From Octopus sinensis (lineage: Eukaryota): a stretch of DNA of 64,000 nt. Both the position numbers and the translations under genes were made by a program. Below the pieces are notes generated by a model that worked only from the letters and a program-made list of their open reading frames with translations, ran no database searches and was not told the DNA's origin. Shown here piece after piece: positions 30,184 to 43,849 of this stretch. The stretch covers positions 682,001 through 746,000 of the forward strand of contig NC_042997.1 in NCBI RefSeq assembly GCF_006345805.1, written 5' to 3'. The stretch's first letter is position 1; every line of letters starts with the position of its first letter.

Positions 30184-30600
30184 TGAAGGAGCAGCGGTAG
30201 CAGGTGGCATAGCAGTGTGGATGGTGGTGAAGTTAACTGAGTACATTTGCAGGTCAGTGTGTAAAATAGAGTCGGATAACTTAGGGTGTGTTGCTGTCCT
30301 TGAAGATTTCCAGTTCTGTCGTAGCAGAGGCAGCGACAGCAAGTCGTAAGACAGAGTCCGTTGTAAAGGAACAGTCGCTGCTGTACTCTTTATACTGCTG
30401 CTCAGTATTTCGAATATCGTTGCTGGTGTGGTTGGAAACAGCGAGGTAGCTGTAGTGTCTGTTGTAGTTATGATACGTCAAAACTAGAGTGAGAGCGAAC
30501 TGCATGCTCGTATTTGTTAGGAAATTCGGCATGAGGCGTTCCTTATCACGAGAGAGTATGTTGTGATGAATAGAAATGATGTATGGGAAACCTTGGGTCA
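29450..30600 (-). mobile_element. possible degenerate Penelope-like 5' portion
   Basis: A Thr-rich linker followed by VIDLSVSFIPLELQFLNQEPNFILT, resembling the PLE start motif VINLS...E..L.KGL.F.PT. Heavily decayed. Confidence 0.35.
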
Positions 30601-33600
30601 GTTAAGGTGATCTCCAATATTTCTTTTCGTATTTGTTTAACTTACTCACTGGTATGATGGATTATTGAACTCAAATAGATTATCTCCTGGAAATGATCCA
30701 TGTGGTCATGAGTAGTAAGTAGGAGAAAATGCCATCATCAGCTTTATACTCTCCGTAATTGGCAGTTGTGATTGCTCATGCAACTGAGATAGCGATCTAG
30801 GCATCTTTGTTCGGTATAATACCACAGGTAAACTGTTTAATCAAAAACAGTTCAATGCTAAGTTGAAGGTGTTTATCTATCGTATTTCTAGTCCATGATT
30901 TGTTACACCCTGATTCGTGTAACTTTATGAACTACTCGCAATAAGATTTTCAGAAAATAATTAACTTCTCCTGTGCTTGTACTGCTTTTTGGACTTAGAA
31001 TAAGCTTGAAGCGTTTAAAGCGTATACCTCTCAGTAGTTGAAAATCTTTTTTATCTCATACATAAGTGCTGGAAGGACGGAATATTTTAACTATAGAAGC
31101 TCATCTCATCAAACGTATTGTCATCCGTTGATCAGGTCATACTTCATCAGTTTCGTCTTCTGAAATAATTACTTGACTTGTGAATTGTTCTCGGTAAGCA
31201 TCCTCAGCACAAACTCCCAAAAGATATTTTATGCTGTCACAAAAGACAGCCTGATGTCCTTCAATATCAGCACTGCTAATCAGGAACATTTTGAATTGAA
31301 CCGAAGTGATTGGTAGTCGGCTGTCTAAAACTAGGAGGAGTAACTTGCTGTTGCAGAAATAATCAAATTACTCATCGAATACTAAAAAGTAACAGCTGAA
31401 CATCGAAATGGCGTAGCCCTTCAAAATGCAATCTTGCAACCATGTTAATAGACTTATACGAATTGATTATATTTGCATGCTTCTTCAAATGTCGCACAGG
31501 TACATTGCATTCTCTTATGCAAAAAGGTGTGCTATTGCAGGACGGAAATTATATCTTCAAAGAATTTACGAGGCAGAGACGCAACAGACGAGATGCTTGA
31601 CAAAAGACGTCAAAACTGTTATAGAAATGGGAAAGTGGTTATACTCGAAATCGTGTTGATGACCAACATATGTTTATAAAAATACACAAGCACACACATA
31701 CACACACACTTATATATATACATATTTGTATATATATACATGTGTGTGTGCATGGGTATGTGTGCATATGTGTTTGTATGCCCGTATAAAAACTGTGATA
31801 TCATTTGGCCATTATTGGTCCAGGCCATGTCTAAATTAATGGCATCAGCTAGAAATGTTCTGCAAGCTATTATTAGGTCATGTTTGTGTTATCATACTGT
31901 ATCCAATTAGGTAGTGACTATTGGTTGCAAAATACTCGGCTTTTTTTTATCCCGCTATGCTTGTAATGCCATTTATATATACTACGATCTGTCTACCACA
32001 GTAGAGAACATCATGGTAAAAATATACAGAGTTATAGTGGATTCTTTTCACCAAAGCAAGTAAGTTTCTACTCATCCCGATAACACCTAATCTTGTGCAG
32101 CAGCTTCCTACAAAGCCGAGGTTTGGATAGTTTCAACATCGAAATGTTGTGGTCCTATGAATGGAAAGCCTAACCATGTTTGAGTTTCCTTCCAAAATGT
32201 TAGACATGTGTTAAGCAGTCGTTATCACAATGAATGCCGCCGCGTTGGTTGGTATTAAGGGGATTATTGCTATCCGGGAAGTCGGTTATTCTTGACCTCA
32301 GAAGTCTTTCGAATTTTAATGATATGAGAAGGCAATTGAGATCAGGCGATAGTTAAACGTTAGTGATCAGTTTCACTTTCGAAGACTTAGAAAAGAGATT
32401 GGAATAGTATTTTTCAATATTGCCAACGGTTTTCTTCAGAGACTACGCAGAATAGATACAATTAAGTGTAGGCATTCTTTTAGGAGACATACGGAGGCAA
32501 CAGAATGTGATGCCGAATCCAATTTGTTGTTGCTATGATGTCTGGGGTGGTGAAAGTTACGTCCGAGATGGAATGTTGCTGGCTGACTGTGTTGATAATG
32601 CTTAAGCCAATCACAATGGTATCACTCAGAACAGAGCAGTATTGTTTCTGCAAATTTTCAATGTTGAGAGTGCTCTTATTACCTGTCGTAATCTGTGAAG
32701 GAGTGGCTCTATATTTGTTATCAAATGAAAACTTTTGATTCTGAATGGCCCTGTGTCTCTATGTAGCCTTTTGATTACTAATGCATGTTTTCATGCAGCT
32801 ATGCACATATTTTTGTAACAGCAGTTCTCTTTTTCATATTGATAGTGACTGCTGCTAGTAATAGTATTTCACTTAGTTGGTTGCTTTCTTGTTTAATTTC
32901 TCGATTGTTATTATGAGAGCTTTTGTCTTTCATTTGTGATCTTATGTCTATGTTTGCTAAATAATTTTGTTGCGGTATCATTTGAACAAGTGTTCGCTAT
33001 TATGCAATCAAAATTTCTACCAATCTGCTGCAATGTCAAACGATGTAGTAATGGAGAAGGCAGCGATAAGCAATAAATTATGTCTAATTCATTCCCACAC
33101 TACTTTGCTCTGATTCATGGTGTCAAATGATTGTCCTTGAATGAGTTGCTTGCTTTGGTTTGGTAGACCGGAAATTTAGATTGCAGACTATTATTTGGTC
33201 AGAGAAAATATCTTTCATAAATGATGTTGCAGATAGTAGTTGAATTGTTGGATAGTAATAGGTCTGAAGCATTTTGTCGCATCTCGTTGGTACAAGTTAA
33301 ACAGTAATTCTTTTGCTACAGTATTTAGAGATGAGCTGCCATTTCCTGCCATTTCAATATATTTGTCCTTCATTTCGCATACAGAATGATGAAGACATTC
33401 ATTGTCAATATGTTTCTAGACCTGGGGTTTTTTGAAAGGCATTTGAAATTATTTAGGTTCTCAGTGTAGAGCTATCGAAGGAAGTGTGCATATATATTGT
33501 ATTATTTTATACATACATACATACATACATACAGAGAGAGACAGATAGAAAGACATACATATGCATACACCTATGTAAATATATATATATACACTTACAC

Positions 33601-36367
33601 ATACACACACACACATATATATATATATAGTTAAATGAAGAAAAGAAAATAGAGAGATGAAACTTAATTATATATTATTAACAAATTGGTAATCTTTACT
33701 TCTTACGAATGTTTCCACTAGCATACAATAATTAAATTAGAAGTTTGTGCATTCACTTTGCATTTATTTGTGACAAGCATAATTCCAACACAGAAACAGA
33801 TATAGATGTACCTTAAGATGTTACATGCCGACCTATCAGACTCTGCAGGAACCAATTTGTTAATAGTAAATAATTAACTTTCAACTCTCAATTGTCTTTT
33901 TTCATTTAAATATATATATATATATATACGCTTGCACACACGCGCACACATGAACACACGCACATGAACACACACACATAATATGTATGTACATAATATG
34001 TAACCTCTACAAGTGCCTACTCAGAATGTGTGTGTATGTGTGTGTGTGTGACCTACATCGCTGACTCCAAGATCACCACAAATAAAGAACCACAAGTACA
34101 AGCGTCTAGACTCGCCACTCATAACTTGTCTCGGCTAAGATGTAGATAACAATTCATGTGAATTTTCATAGGTTCATTGTGATTGAGAGATAGGCAGATG
34201 TTTAGATTGAGAATTGTATTTCGCCATACGGTTTGACGTGTAGACAGACACCGAGAGGTTCTTTGACAAACAGGTTAATAATATTTTATAGTAATTGAAG
34301 TGTATCTAATAAATTCTTTTATAAGTTCACTTACTATTAATGAATACATAATTTGTTTAGATAGAAAAGTGTTTGGAGTAAATCCAATCGGAAACGGAAA
34401 CAGAGTTACATATTTATAAACTGAACGTTGAATACTCACAGCTTGTCTTTGTCGCGAACATACTGAGTAAAATACACCTGATGTTGAGCATTACATTCTG
34501 TTGTGGTACATAATTAGGTAGATAGAAAAGCATATAAGTACACTCATAGATACATACTTTGAATAGAGTAGAAAGTCCCGTAGGAGTTTTAGTGCCAGTC
34601 GCTTGATAGTGAAGTATGTCTCATGCAGCCCGCTTCTCGAATTTGGTTGCCCATACTAAAGGTATTTAATCTAATGAACCAACAGGAATACGGCTTGTCA
34701 TTGATACCCTACAGATAACGCTCTTTGAGCTTAAATACATCGCCACGCCACCGCCATAACACTGTTTCTCCAGTACATTCTCTCCTTCATGTCTACCCCA
34801 CCAATATCGGTGTTGCCATCTGTATCACAGCTATGAATATCGTATCATACAGTTTGAACATTACCCCCACCACCATCACCACCTTTGTTCCTCTACCATT
34901 TTGTTTTATCTATCTGGTTATCTCCCTACATATAACACTATATGTAACGTCTTTCACCTCCTTACCAGATAGTCCCTGACACCTGTTTGACCGAGACAAA
35001 ATGATTTTGGTATAACCTATAAAGACGCACACGCGTACACAGACAAAAGTGCTTTATTTTACACACGCACATACACACACAAACACATATACATTTATAC
35101 ACATACACCAAAGCGTACACTTTATTTTACACGCATACAAACACACATATATTGTATGCTTTTGTGTGTCACCATGTGAACCGTTGTTTTGTCTGTAGAA
35201 CATCTTATACATGTCCTTGGTAGTAAATACATATATACAAGTTTTCGTTCTGCATATTTGATTTAAAATCGATAAAACTTAGGCAGCTATGATTTCCTTA
35301 ATATTAATGTCTTTAACAAAATGGTACAAAATCTAACCCGGAAAACTACTAAGTTTTTCACGATAGGAAAGAAATATCTACGAAATCAACATCAAGATAT
35401 AACAAAATGTAAGCAAACTATACAGAAGGTGGTTACAGAAGATACAGTCAGCAATAATAGTGAAGTAGCGTTAATATGTAGGTGTAAGTAAATCTAAAAA
35501 ATAAAATAAGCGAAATTCTATGTAACCACCCACATATTACGTGACAAGGAACCACACAGTATAATTATAATCTTCAAAAACAAGCAAACTAATTTTATTT
35601 GTCATATTACTAATCGATAATTTTCTTGTAGATATTGCTTTCGTGAACCATACATAGAAAACATTGCTACATAGAAAGCATTGATAACAAGTCTACGAAC
35701 AGGCTACTGAGAGGTCCTCGAAAAATATGACCATTGTATTGTAATTTCCCAGATGAGATGCACGTTGCATAGAAGTCCTATGGGTTTAAATGTAATAGTC
35801 CCTTTAATCAGCTTCCTCATACCTTGTAAGATATAATCATATGCTTAATGAAATATATCAGTGATACAGGATTTCTGTTTTCAGTACATCAAACACCATG
35901 TTACATATTTTGAAAACTTATTTCACTCTCATACTAGAAAATACGCTTTCTTTCTGTTTTTCATTCAATTTAGAGATGTTGTTAGTATATTTGATGTTCA
36001 GAGTCTGAGAAATATATCAACAATAACCTTTCTAACACGAAAGGGTAGGCAGAACGTTGAAGAGATTTAAAGATGTGTTCAAGATGCAGCTACGGCAATG
36101 AACAATAAGAGGTTAAAAACTGTGTTCCGATTTCTCTAGACGACATTCAAGTTAAAACAGCTACAAGAAATAATTTTCATATATAATTATATTTCAATTA
36201 TGGACTGTTGAAGAGTTTCAAATGTCATCCGATACTGGGATTTCAGGATAGCGTGGGCTTTTAACAATACTTATATTATTTTTTTTACCGTGAAATGTTA
36301 AGGTGAATTGCCTTCGTTTTGTTTAGGGAGAAGTCTATAAGAGAGATATTTAACAACTACGAAACAA

Positions 36368-36680
36368 AGCACTGGCAACGTTGTGTGATTTAGAAACTCG
36401 CTTTGTAACTGCACCGTTTCGGGTTCAGTTCCCCCCGCTCAGTATCTGAGGCGAGTGTCTTCTACTATAGCCCCAGGACGACTGACGCCTTGTGGGTGAA
36501 TTTCGTTAACGGAAACTGCACGAGCTCTTCGCATGTACAAAGGAGTGTCTGTGTTTGTCTCAACACATTTGTGTTTATGTTTGTCCCCACCACCACGTAA
36601 CGACCGTTGTTGATTTGTTTATGTCCCTGCACAGCAAGAGATTCCAACGGAATTAATGCCAGGCTTAAAATAAATACTAG
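36368..36680 (+). mobile_element. SINE family 2 copy
   Basis: B-box-like GGGTTCAGTTCC, GTGTCTTCTACTATAGCC, GCCTTGTGGGTGAATTT..ACGGAAACTG. Reverse homolog of 52770-52903. Confidence 0.7.
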
Positions 36681-36999
36681 ATTTCTTCGACTAACCTGGT
36701 GCCAGGGCATAACCGCAGTCGAATGACTGAAATAAGTGGACGGTAAAAGATGAAAGGAACACATGAAGAAACCAATAATGCAAAATTAAAGAGTATTAGC
36801 ATTCCAGCAGAAAAAAAAACACTGTAAATGACAGCACATTTAACAATAACAAGTGTAACAATACTAGACACAACGAGAACGACAAACGAAAATATCAATA
36901 CTTTTTCGCAATCGTTCTTTAAAACAAAACACCCACTTCATATATAGCATTTTCTGAAGCAACTTAAGCCTGGCAACCTTTTCTTCACCAGGCAGTGGT

Positions 37000-39170
37000 C
37001 AGCCTAGTGTAACCCCGGATAGAACCATGCAAGAGGATAAAGGTAATTAAACTGTGCATTACCAAGTTCACTGACGCCAGAGAAGATGTAAGCCTGTGCA
37101 GTGTTATGTGTACACGAAAAGAAGCGAGCTTGAACATGTAAAAATTTTCTAACTCGATCAACGCATGAATTGCTATCGGATATGTTTCAGTGCTCAGGAC
37201 AAGGAAAAGTGGAGTGTCTATCTTGTGAAATATTCCATCTCAAATGAGATGCATCTTCCAGATCAGGCTGGAGGAGGTGGAAAATATCTCAGACTTATCC
37301 ACCTGGCGAAAGGAGCGAAGCTGCAAGTTGCGATTGAGGACAGAAAACCAAGAACCCACTTTGAGGTTCAGAAGGTCCCACTATTGTCGACACAACAGTC
37401 CCAACAACAGTAAAAGCGTACAAGACTAACAGCAATAGCAATAGTAGCAATAGGAACGAGAACAATAACAGCAGTAACAACAACAATGGTAGCAACAGCA
37501 AGACCAGCATCAACTACAAAAGCACACGCAAGAGAACCAGAAGCATCGATATAGGAAAATATCCAGCCCAACTTCCTGTCTGTTATCCCCCCTTCCCACC
37601 CTTTTATAAACATACACACACACATAGACACATACGGAAATATACATCCTCTTCCATCCCACTCTCATCGGATCCTTCTGACGAGAGAGTATTATCTTGC
37701 AAGGATAAGGTAAAACCCTTGGTTTGGATGTGATTGACCAGAATTTCCAATACACGCGCCTCAGCCCATTTTTGGCTATTTTGATATCTTTGCATCTCAT
37801 TCTCGATCCGGAATGGAGTGGAGTGACGTCGCGCAAAAGTCTGGGCCTCAAGATACATTTGGTAGTCCTGGACTTCAACACTAGCAAATAAAGGTTTCTT
37901 CAGTCTAATCGCTGTGTCTACTTCGACTTGGGCAGAGCAGCTGAATTTTTCAAGCGTTTGGACGTTTTCCTAGGTATTTCCGCTCTTTAGGTTTGGTAGG
38001 CAATTGGAATAACATCTTGTATGCCCGTCTGGATTGTATGTAGCGTGTTGCAAGGTTAGTGGGCGCAAATGCCTTGCTTCGTCGTTTCCAACTGACTGAC
38101 GAATGTAGTCTGCATATCCGGAATACGTAAATATGATATGGGCAAACAGCAAGAAAGAGTATTCTGCAGGCTAGAAGATAGAGATAACACAGGCTTTCTC
38201 TAATTCAAAATCCTCGGATATATAGAACATAGAACATAAATTTGCGATCTGCATGGTCGATCTAGATAAGCTCCATAGACAGAAACTCTCTGATCAGTTA
38301 AGGAGTCTTTTCTGGCGTCAAGATTATGGAAGTCAGATTAATGAAGTAATTAAGAGGGAGTTGGCAGGGTCAGTAGTCAACGACTGATAATAGTTAAACC
38401 TGAAAAATGTTATTATATTAGAACCGATAAGTTTGGTAAGGAAGTAGTGATAGAGAATTCTATAGTAGAAAGTGAGGTAGTTAATAGTTTAGATGTGGCG
38501 CTTAGAAAAGGCTCTATGATGACGTGCTGGCAGAGAGATTGGTCCTCGACTGATTCTTCAATGCTGCACATGAAGGTTGCGTTGTCAGAGCCAGGGAGGC
38601 GCTACGAAGTAACAATCTCACAATTCGGTCTTTGATGGAGCGGAAGGGGTGCGAGTTACTCGATTTTAAGCCAATATGTGCAAATTTTCAGTGGTAATTC
38701 ATTCAGTTGTTTTCTTTGTGGAGGGAGGGGAACAGCTGACTGGCGGCAGAAGTGGACTTGGCCGCTTGCATCGACACCCTATACCGGCTCGGGATGCAGA
38801 ATTGTGCGAAAAACTTATAACAACTGACGAAATACGAGAAATAATACAAGTTGCTCTATGGATAAGTCGCCGGGGCTGTATGATATATTCTACTCAACTT
38901 ATCGTCACATGCGTGATATGTTCTGAAATTTCTTGGTAGATGTCTATCACAACTCCCAGCGGGAGGGGAAGATATCCAGTCCGGCGAAAAGAGGTGTGAT
39001 GCTGCCGAGAAAGAACACGAACAAGGGGGGTGATTTTAACAACTTCAGGCCCATGAGATCAAGATTGTGGCCAAGGTGTTAGAGAGCAAGGGAGTTACGC
39101 TTGTCGTCGATACTCTGGGAAGTGAGACACAGACATGTGTCATACCAAATAGATCTATGCTGTTGATTGA
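37000..39170 (+). mobile_element. degenerate Tx1/L1-clade LINE (ORF1 end, low-complexity spacer, APE endonuclease, RT N-terminus)
   Basis: Frameshifted peptides FSLIAV, FFKRLDVFL, VGNWNNIL (GDFN-type), MIWANS, EHKF, EGCVVRAR, ELCEKLITTDEIRE, FNNFRP, KIVAKVL. Putative ORF1 end KLQVAIEDRKP. Confidence 0.6.
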
Positions 39171-39199
39171 AAATATTGTGTCTACCAAGGGCTTGTCCG

Positions 39200-39453
39200 T
39201 TTCGCAAGTACAAGGACCTTAGGCAGAGCGTACTTTATGCAATATGCGTGCAGTTGCAAGTAATACCGACTTTAGTAATACATCTATTTTGTAAGGTATT
39301 TCGAAAGTTTTCAGATGCTTTTTTTTTCAGATTCGGTGGTTTTGAACCCAATGTTCCGATGACAATAGGGACAACCTCTATGTTTGATTCTCGTAGCTGC
39401 CACATCTTAGCAATTTCAATTCTCAGGTCTCCATAAGGCAAAATCTTTAGCAC
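39200..39453 (-). mobile_element. R4/Dong-type RLE C-terminal fragment (third family)
   Basis: YGDLRIEIAKMWQLRESNIEVVPIVIGTLG, matching KYKDLEIE...IPIIVGALG of the family A copies. Confidence 0.75.
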
Positions 39454-39454
39454 G

Positions 39455-39600
39455 TACTCAGTTCAAATTCTGCGGAGGTCGACTTTGGATTTCATCTTTT
39501 CGGCGAGGACGAAATGAGTAACAGTGCGCACTGTGATTGATTTAATCGAGTAAACACCTCCGCCACAATTTCAGGCTTGTCTCTATAGTAGAAAGGATTA
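39455..39600 (+). mobile_element. 5'-truncated SINE family 1 copy
   Basis: GTTCAAATTCTGCGGAGGTCGACTTTGG.. and tail TTTCAGGCTTGTCTCTATAGTAGAAAGGATT. Confidence 0.7.
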
Positions 39601-39676
39601 TCATTATCTCTTTATCACAGGTTTTGTTGGAACTGCTAGAGTCTTGCATTCGTTCTTTTCAGCTATCTAATACTTT

Positions 39677-39854
39677 TCTCTTCTTCTTCTTCTTCTTCTT
39701 CTTCTTCTTCTTCTTCTTCTTCTTCTTCTTCTTCTTCTTCTTCTTCTTCTTCTTCTTCTTCTTCTTCTTCTTCTTCTTCTTCTTCTTCTTCTTCTTCTTC
39801 TCATTATTATTATTATTATTATTATTGTTGATATTGCTGTTGTTGTTGGTATTA

Positions 39855-39914
<60 letters not shown>

Positions 39915-39937
39915 GTAGTAGTAGTAGTAGTAGTAGT
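39677..39937. repeat. compound microsatellite (TTC)n-(ATT)n-(GTA)n
   Basis: Visible runs. Confidence 0.95.
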
Positions 39938-40052
39938 ATTATTAAGGTGAGCTGGCAGAATAGTTACCACGCTAGGCAGGATGATTACCGGCATTTCAGA
40001 TGTTTTTACATACTGTGTTAAAAATCAACGAGCACGATTTCGCCTTTCCACC

Positions 40053-40132
<80 letters not shown>

Positions 40133-40292
40133 AGCTGCTGCTGCTGCTGCTGCTATTACTGCTACTGCTACGAGTAGTTCTAGTCGTAGTAGTATCAGTA
40201 GCAGTAGTAGTAATGGACGTTGCCGCGAGTCTTCACCACACTTCGAAGAATTTTGATTTTCTTTATCAAGTAAAATACCAAAAAAGTAGTTC

Positions 40293-40510
<218 letters not shown>

Positions 40511-41254
40511 ATGAGGGGGGATAATTCGTGAACAGGAAACCTCCTGGTATGCGTTGGACGTCTAGTAATTATGTCCGAAAATCAAAAGACATATGGCCTG
40601 TCATTTTTTTTTCTTAGTATAAGCTTATTATTCTGTTTGTAATTCATTGAAAAGATGGCTTCTCTTCAGAGAGACGCCTCCACAAAAATGAATATATGAA
40701 CATAACAACGCAAAGACCAAAAAATTGACAATGCAAACAAAAAGAATAAATTCAATTTCACAGCAAGACACGCATTTTACACAGAAAATAACGAAAAGTT
40801 AAAACATGATTTTGATCGATATCGTTGATATTAACAGCAATAACAAGATACTCTCATTTTGCCAAACTAAAACAGGAGAATTTTTGTAATGATAAAACGT
40901 GACGCTGTTGTGCAACACAAATGACACTACCAGCAATTCCACCCTTAGGGTCAGTTAAAATCTCAGCGGCACCATGTTACCTAGCATTTAAGTAATTTGA
41001 ATGTAACAGAAATAATTGACCGAGAAAAACGTGTCTTGAAACTAGGTAGTTTATCACATATTTCTGGCCCACTAACAATATAGAAATTTCCCGTATGCTC
41101 TCAAAGCATCATCATCATCATCATCACGACCATGACCACGACGACCCTCAACCCATCATCTTCATCATCATCATCGCTGTTGTCGTCGTATTCATTCTTA
41201 CTATTATCATAATTATAATCAAGGTGGTGATTTGGCAGGTCGAAAGCATTAAGG

Positions 41255-41660
41255 CGGGAGGCTGGCAGAATCGTTACCACGCTAGGAAAAATGCTTAGCG
41301 GCATTTCTTCCGTTTTTAACTTCTGAGTTCAAATTTCGCCGAGGTCAGCTTTGCATTTCGTCCTTCGGGATTGATAAAATAAGTATCTGTTGAGCACACT
41401 GAGGTCGATATAATCGATAACTCCCCTCCCTCCATATTTCAGGCCTTTTGCCTATAATAGAAAGCATTGTTATTTATATTAATGCATTTAGTTTGGAAAA
41501 TCAATAACAGGCCCGGAAAAATGCTTTGAGGTATTTTCTTAGTTTTTACTTTCTGAGTATAAATGAGGCCGAGGTCGACTTTGCAGCTCATTCTCTTGGA
41601 TCGATAAAATAACTAACAATCGAGCACTGACATAGATATTAACGACTAGATTCTACTCAA
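41255..41660 (+). mobile_element. two adjacent SINE family 1 copies (41255-41465 near complete; 41510-41660 partial)
   Basis: GAGTTCAAATTTCGCCGAGGTCAGCTTTGC and GCCGAGGTCGACTTTGC domains. Confidence 0.7.
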
Positions 41661-42011
41661 ATTTCACCCATGTAAAAATAATATAGTGAAAATAATTATT
41701 GTTTTTGTCCTAATTTGGCTGTGATTCACTTAAACTCGTAAAAGGTTAGTTGCTTTCATTTTATTTTAATTAATGGGAAATTTCATTAAATAAGGATTCC
41801 TATTTTTTTTATGTAAAGAGGAAAATAATAAATTTGGGACTCCAAAGGACACCTCTGTTCCAAAAATTTCCCCTATTCGAAATGTTAATGTTATCACGAA
41901 GGCAATACCAGAAGAACGCCTACTACACTATATAAAATGGTGTGTTTGGAACTGATTTCTCTGACTTGGAGATTATATATTAGCTACAGTTCTATATTTA
42001 AGCGATGGGGA

Positions 42012-42060
<49 letters not shown>

Positions 42061-42066
<6 letters not shown>

Positions 42067-42130
42067 TTACCGTTTGGAATCAAACTCGGAATCTTGGTGT
42101 TAGTTGCCCGAGCTATTAACCACTAAACTA
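42061..42130 (-). mobile_element. short tRNA-derived (pol III) head ending in CTGAA(TAA)n
   Basis: Minus strand TAGTTTAGTGG (A-box-like) ... GAGTTTGATTCC (B-box-like) ... ACCTGAA followed by (TAA)n. Confidence 0.6.
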
Positions 42131-42191
42131 TATAATAATAACATCGAAAAATATCTTTGGAATGAGAACCCAGGTTAGGAATTTCCCCGAG

Positions 42192-42235
42192 ACACCTGAT
42201 GAAATCTGGAGGGTATACCAGCCGAAATGTTGTGT
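42192..42235 (+). ncRNA. degenerate minimal type I hammerhead ribozyme
   Basis: ACAC-CTGATGA-AATCTGG-AGGGTATA-CCAGCC-GAAA-TGTT-GTGT. Stem I (ACAC/GTGT) and core are intact. Stem II retains CTGG/CCAG only. Confidence 0.65.
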
Positions 42236-42599
42236 TAACTACAAACAAGATGAGGACAAATATCTGTCAAATGTAAATAATGGAAATAATGTATATATTA
42301 GCTGATCCTTTTACCACGAATTACACACCAGCTGTTTGCATACTACCTATAGCTATGATGACTGAAAAAAATTATAGAATACGAGAACATTAACATAAAG
42401 AAAGATAGCACTAATAATAACAACAGTTACAACAATTGCGGTAACGTCAACAATAACAACAATGATAGAAATGACTGCAGCGATAGCCTCAAAAATAGCG
42501 AAGCAGCTACAACAGCGACAGCAAGAACAACACCAGCAACAAAAACATTATCGACGGTAGAAGATGGAGTCAGTGTGACTCCATTGGCATGGGATTATT

Positions 42600-43290
42600 T
42601 AGCTTGGAAGACAGTGAAATAACAAAATGCTTACTGTTCCACGCGCCCAGAACAAAGAGGTAAGTCGAATATAAGTCCTCCAACTTGTGAAAGTAAATGA
42701 AAGAAGGAACACGCAAAGGTTTTAAGAACAACTGCCCGGAAAAGGATGCTCTATGCTCTGAAAACGGTGTTGTATCGCTGTGTCGGTGAAAACCCGTTGC
42801 CTAGAAGTAGCAACACACCTAAGTAGAATGAGTCTTCAAAAATATATGCAGAAATTTAATCTGTGCACAGAACAAGGTAGAGCATGTAGAGGTTCTCTTC
42901 GACTGCAAAATCCTCGTGCTGATACACTCCATAATACCTATATATGGCACCCATTAGCCAGCATATTTAGGAAGAAGGATCTGCGACATGGAAATAGAAA
43001 GAGTTTCACCTGGTATGGGTATCTGATGGCACTTGGTATCTGTTGTCTTAGAGGGCAGTGACATCCTCCAGGACGGCAAACGACTGAGACGGAATTTTGC
43101 GGTTTGGGTCTATACTGGAATTCCTCCATATCAATCCCATCGATTCGGGAAAGATTCCAGAACTTATGTAACTATCCAATTGCGAAGAGCTGTTGCGGTT
43201 GATGGAAGACGATCAAAGTTGCAGGTGTAGTGCTGAAAATTCACTTAAGAACTTTATAACAGGTGAAAGGAACACCCCCCCCCGCTTCTA
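42600..43290 (+). pseudogene. possible Tx1/L1 ORF1 relic
   Basis: VAVDGRRS..C.C resembles 37300 (VAIEDRKP) and the V.VEGR.P.CxxC knuckle of such ORF1s. Followed by a similar CAA/ACA-rich spacer. Confidence 0.3.
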
Positions 43291-43849
43291 TCGAGAACAC
43301 AACTCTGATGACTATGACATAGAATAGGGACAACGATGAAAGCTATAGTGAAAATAACAAGAACAGCAGCGGCACCAGCACCAACAACCATAGCTATAGC
43401 AACAACAACACAAACGACTGCAGCTGCAATATCAACAACGTTAGAAATACTTACACCAGCAGTGTGAGCAAGGTCAGTAACTGCAACAAAGACAATGACA
43501 ACAAGACCACAGCCCACCCTGCATGAAATTTTCCAATCTAACTCCATCTCACTTCTTTTCAATTACTTTCTCTCTCTTTGTGCAACTTTCAAACACAAAC
43601 ACATCATGGACACGCTTGAAAATATATCTCTACCCACTATATAACCGATCATTCAGGTGTGAAGACCTTAACTGTGGAGAAGCAACAACGAAAATCACCT
43701 CATAGAAATATGACACCCTAGAAATATAAGAAGTTACACACACTCTAAACATCTAATGTCTCTAAGATAATGGGTACGCCCATTTACAACAAGTTCCACA
43801 TCATTTAAAATTTCTCTCTCTCTCTCCCTTTTTTCTGTTTAATGACCAC

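Noticed and set aside
31000-33300. Possible minus-strand L1-like relic (IKYLLGV trace)
   Set aside because: Too decayed to establish ordered motifs by eye.
34440-34497. Candidate 58-nt minus-strand exon
   Set aside because: Splice-like signals only, with no other support.
42061-42130. True tRNA gene (also 61262-61330)
   Set aside because: A- and B-box-like motifs are present, but no complete cloverleaf or acceptor stem. These are SINE-type heads.
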